Made by a program: the position numbers and the translations under genes. A DNA stretch of 58,572 nt, taken from contig JAZDPJ010000017.1 of assembly GCA_043797705.1 (NCBI GenBank), forward strand, positions 1-58,572, in the 5' to 3' direction. Origin of the DNA: an archaeon. Lineage in GTDB: Archaea; Nanobdellota; Nanobdellia; SCGC-AAA011-G17; GW2011-AR17. Each line of letters opens with the position of its first letter. Position 1 is the stretch's first letter. Shown here one piece after another: positions 56,566-58,572 of this stretch. A model generated the notes under the pieces. The model had not been told where the DNA came from, made no database searches, and saw only the letters and a list, made by a program, of their open reading frames with translations.

Positions 56566-57018
56566 ATGGCAGCAAAAAACTTAAATAACTCGACAAGTCA
56601 CAAAAGACCAATGACATGGAACCCGGACAAGCCACTAAAAGAACTGCCAGAACACATCAGGCAGCTATTCACAGAAGATGCACGACACCTTCTAAACGAG
56701 CTAAACTCAAACCCGCCATGGTACAGAATACTCCACAACAGCTACTCCCATTTCAGAAGAGACAGATCACTCAAAGCGCTGGAAAGAATAGCAGAATCAA
56801 ATGACGGGAAGTTCGTAACATCCATCTCAAAATATGTGCCCTTCAAATACCACGCAGTATACAGAGACCTGATACTAGAAAGGCTAACACAAGGATGCAA
56901 AGACGATTCATTACCTCCAAACAAAAAAGCAGTAACCTACTTCAAAGACATATTATCAAAAGAAGTAGAAATCCCCTATGACAAAGACGAAGATTACGAA
57001 GACAAAGTGCCTTTCTAA
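56566..57018 (+). CDS. Hypothetical protein
   Basis: 150-aa ORF with an ATG start and strongly native A/C third positions. No recognised motif. Confidence 0.55.
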   Translation: MAAKNLNNSTSHKRPMTWNPDKPLKELPEHIRQLFTEDARHLLNELNSNPPWYRILHNSYSHFRRDRSLKALERIAESNDGKFVTSISKYVPFKYHAVYRDLILERLTQGCKDDSLPPNKKAVTYFKDILSKEVEIPYDKDEDYEDKVPF

Positions 57019-57031
57019 GCCCTGACTAACA

Positions 57032-58450
57032 CTAATTTCCCAAATTTTGGGTAATAGGTAATTCAAGGGCGTCTAATATTTTTTTTGTTTGTTTGGTTAT
57101 GGGAGAAAGGTGTGTTTTTTTATTGATGGTGATTACTTGAATTTTTGTCAGGTATGTTAGAATATCGTTTACGCTTTTATTTTGGATTTTTTTTCGTTTT
57201 AAATAATCTAAAATTTGGCTATATAGGTGAAGTGCTAAAAAGGCGATGAACATATAACCTCTTAGACTGTTTTGATTTTGCATCCATGTTGTGTCTGCAC
57301 CTAAGGTGTTTTTTAGTGCATCAAATGCGACTTCTATAGATTGTCTTTCTTTGTACAAAAGGTAGGTTTCTTCTGCAGTTAGACCTGTGTTTGTTAGTAA
57401 GCTGATTGTTCCGAATTGTGATTTTTTTTTGAGGAATTCTTTTTTAGTTATTTTTTTTTGTTCAAGTAGTTCTAAACAGGATGCTTCTTCTTCTGCAGCT
57501 AATCTTTTGTCTAATACATGATAAATGATGCAATTTTCGAACTCTGTTTTTCGCCACCATTGAACTTGTTTATTATATCTAAAATATTTTTTATAGTTGT
57601 GAGAATTTTTGTGATCAACAAAAGGGAGGTCTCGTTTTAATGCCATGACATATTGAGAATTTTCTTTATCAAAAACTTCTTTGTTTTCTTTACTCCAAAA
57701 CCCTTTGTCAACAACAGCAATTACTCCCTTTAATCTTGCTTCTTTGACTAGATTGGATATTGTTTGAGCACTGCTAGTCGCACCAGAAAGCACTTTTAAA
57801 TATCCTGGACGTTTGCTGCTTATACCCCAAAGTAACAGTAAAGTAACTTGAGGAATCCACATTCCTTCATGATTGTATCCTTTCTCCAAGAGAGGAATAT
57901 TTTTACTATAACTAAACAATTGTGATAAATCAATAGCCATATGTTTTTCATTTGTTGATATTTTTTCAAAAAATTTCCGTTGTAATTCCCACTGGGATCC
58001 TATTCGTTCAAGAAGTTTAGTTATGCTATTTTTACTAAGCGTTGCACTTGGCCAAAAGTTCTTTGCTAAACTTGTTTCATAACGGAAAGAGAATCTATTT
58101 AATTTTTCTAAATAACACAGTTTCAAAACTGCGGCAGCAAGCAAACTTTCCCAATCTTGTGGAAATATCTCTGATAATGATTCAGAAATTGTTTTTGTAA
58201 AAGATTCTACAAAAGCAATATTTCCTGCTTCTAAACTTCCCCCTAATTGAATTGGTTTTTTACTCTTTGATGGGATTATTCCCATAGGTGAAACAACTCC
58301 AAGATATTCCAACGTTTTTTTACGGGCCCTCTTTTTCTTGGAGTCCCACACAGAAGTAACTCTACTAGCATAAAATTTTTCTCCCCTTTTCTCTATCGCA
58401 ATACCTTTCTTTTTGCACTTCAAAACCCAATCAGGATATTCGGAAACCAT
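57032..58450 (-). CDS. DDE transposase, IS4/IS1634-like
   Basis: ATG at 58450 (MVSEYPDWVL...). Candidate catalytic regions MAIDLSQ, AVVDKGFWS and the Y-x2-R-x3-E-x6-K signature (YKERQSIEVAFDALK). 472 aa. Confidence 0.85.
   Translation of the reverse strand: MVSEYPDWVLKCKKKGIAIEKRGEKFYASRVTSVWDSKKKRARKKTLEYLGVVSPMGIIPSKSKKPIQLGGSLEAGNIAFVESFTKTISESLSEIFPQDWESLLAAAVLKLCYLEKLNRFSFRYETSLAKNFWPSATLSKNSITKLLERIGSQWELQRKFFEKISTNEKHMAIDLSQLFSYSKNIPLLEKGYNHEGMWIPQVTLLLLWGISSKRPGYLKVLSGATSSAQTISNLVKEARLKGVIAVVDKGFWSKENKEVFDKENSQYVMALKRDLPFVDHKNSHNYKKYFRYNKQVQWWRKTEFENCIIYHVLDKRLAAEEEASCLELLEQKKITKKEFLKKKSQFGTISLLTNTGLTAEETYLLYKERQSIEVAFDALKNTLGADTTWMQNQNSLRGYMFIAFLALHLYSQILDYLKRKKIQNKSVNDILTYLTKIQVITINKKTHLSPITKQTKKILDALELPITQNLGN
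57038..57059. repeat. IS terminal inverted repeat (left)
   Basis: TCCCAAATTTTGGGTAATAGGT. Overlaps the transposase 3' end. Confidence 0.5.
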
Positions 58451-58542
58451 ATTACACAGATAGGTAATATGATGTAATATATAAATATTGCTATTTTTAA
58501 CAAGCAAAAGACTAGAAAACGCATTTTAGAAACTAATTAAAA

Positions 58543-58564
58543 AACTATTACCGATAAATTGGGA
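58543..58564. repeat. IS terminal inverted repeat (right)
   Basis: The reverse complement reads TCCCAATTTATCGGTAATAGTT, matching the left repeat at 18 of 22 positions. Confidence 0.5.
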
Positions 58565-58572
58565 TTTTTATG

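Larger units (their letters stand above)
57031..58572 (-). mobile_element. IS4-superfamily (IS1634-like) insertion sequence, right boundary at or near window end
   Basis: Single DDE transposase ORF plus imperfect terminal inverted repeats (57038..57059 vs 58543..58564, 18/22 by hand alignment). Outer limits and the target duplication are not resolvable. Confidence 0.75.

Overview
AT-rich, densely coded archaeal chromosome segment. Archaeal core genes include aIF2-gamma, ribosomal proteins L7Ae-S28e-L24e, S6e, L1-P0-P1 and S2, and the Pop5-PsmA-Rrp4-Rrp41-Rrp42-RpoK cluster. EndA, RNase Z, a class I CCA enzyme, diphthine synthase, CysRS and two tRNAs (Phe-GAA, Pro-CGG) are also present. Small genes, many overlaps and pilin-like or secreted proteins suggest a DPANN-type archaeon (inference). 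Bacterial-type modules are interleaved: grpE-dnaK-dnaJ with two unknown inserted ORFs, a ClpX-like ATPase and a distant N-terminally short ClpP, a YcbB/LdtD-type L,D-transpeptidase, patatin and PAP2. Accessory islands: (i) a pilin-like, 695-aa HExxH secreted protein and anchor operon; (ii) a large secreted protein plus transglutaminase-like lipoprotein where rpl11 would be expected; (iii) a fic gene bracketed by two copies of a ~43-bp palindromic element and flanked by two TIKI/TraB-like paralogues and a GNAT; (iv) a protease island (S8 subtilase, HExxH-TPR protein, GNAT, HExxH membrane protein); (v) an ORF6N remnant and an IS4/IS1634-like IS at the right edge. No rRNA or CRISPR array was seen. 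Window-wide, plus-strand genes end codons in A/C and minus-strand genes in T/G, which also creates many spurious stop-free antisense ORFs in the track. All functional calls rest on motifs read by eye; no database search was possible.
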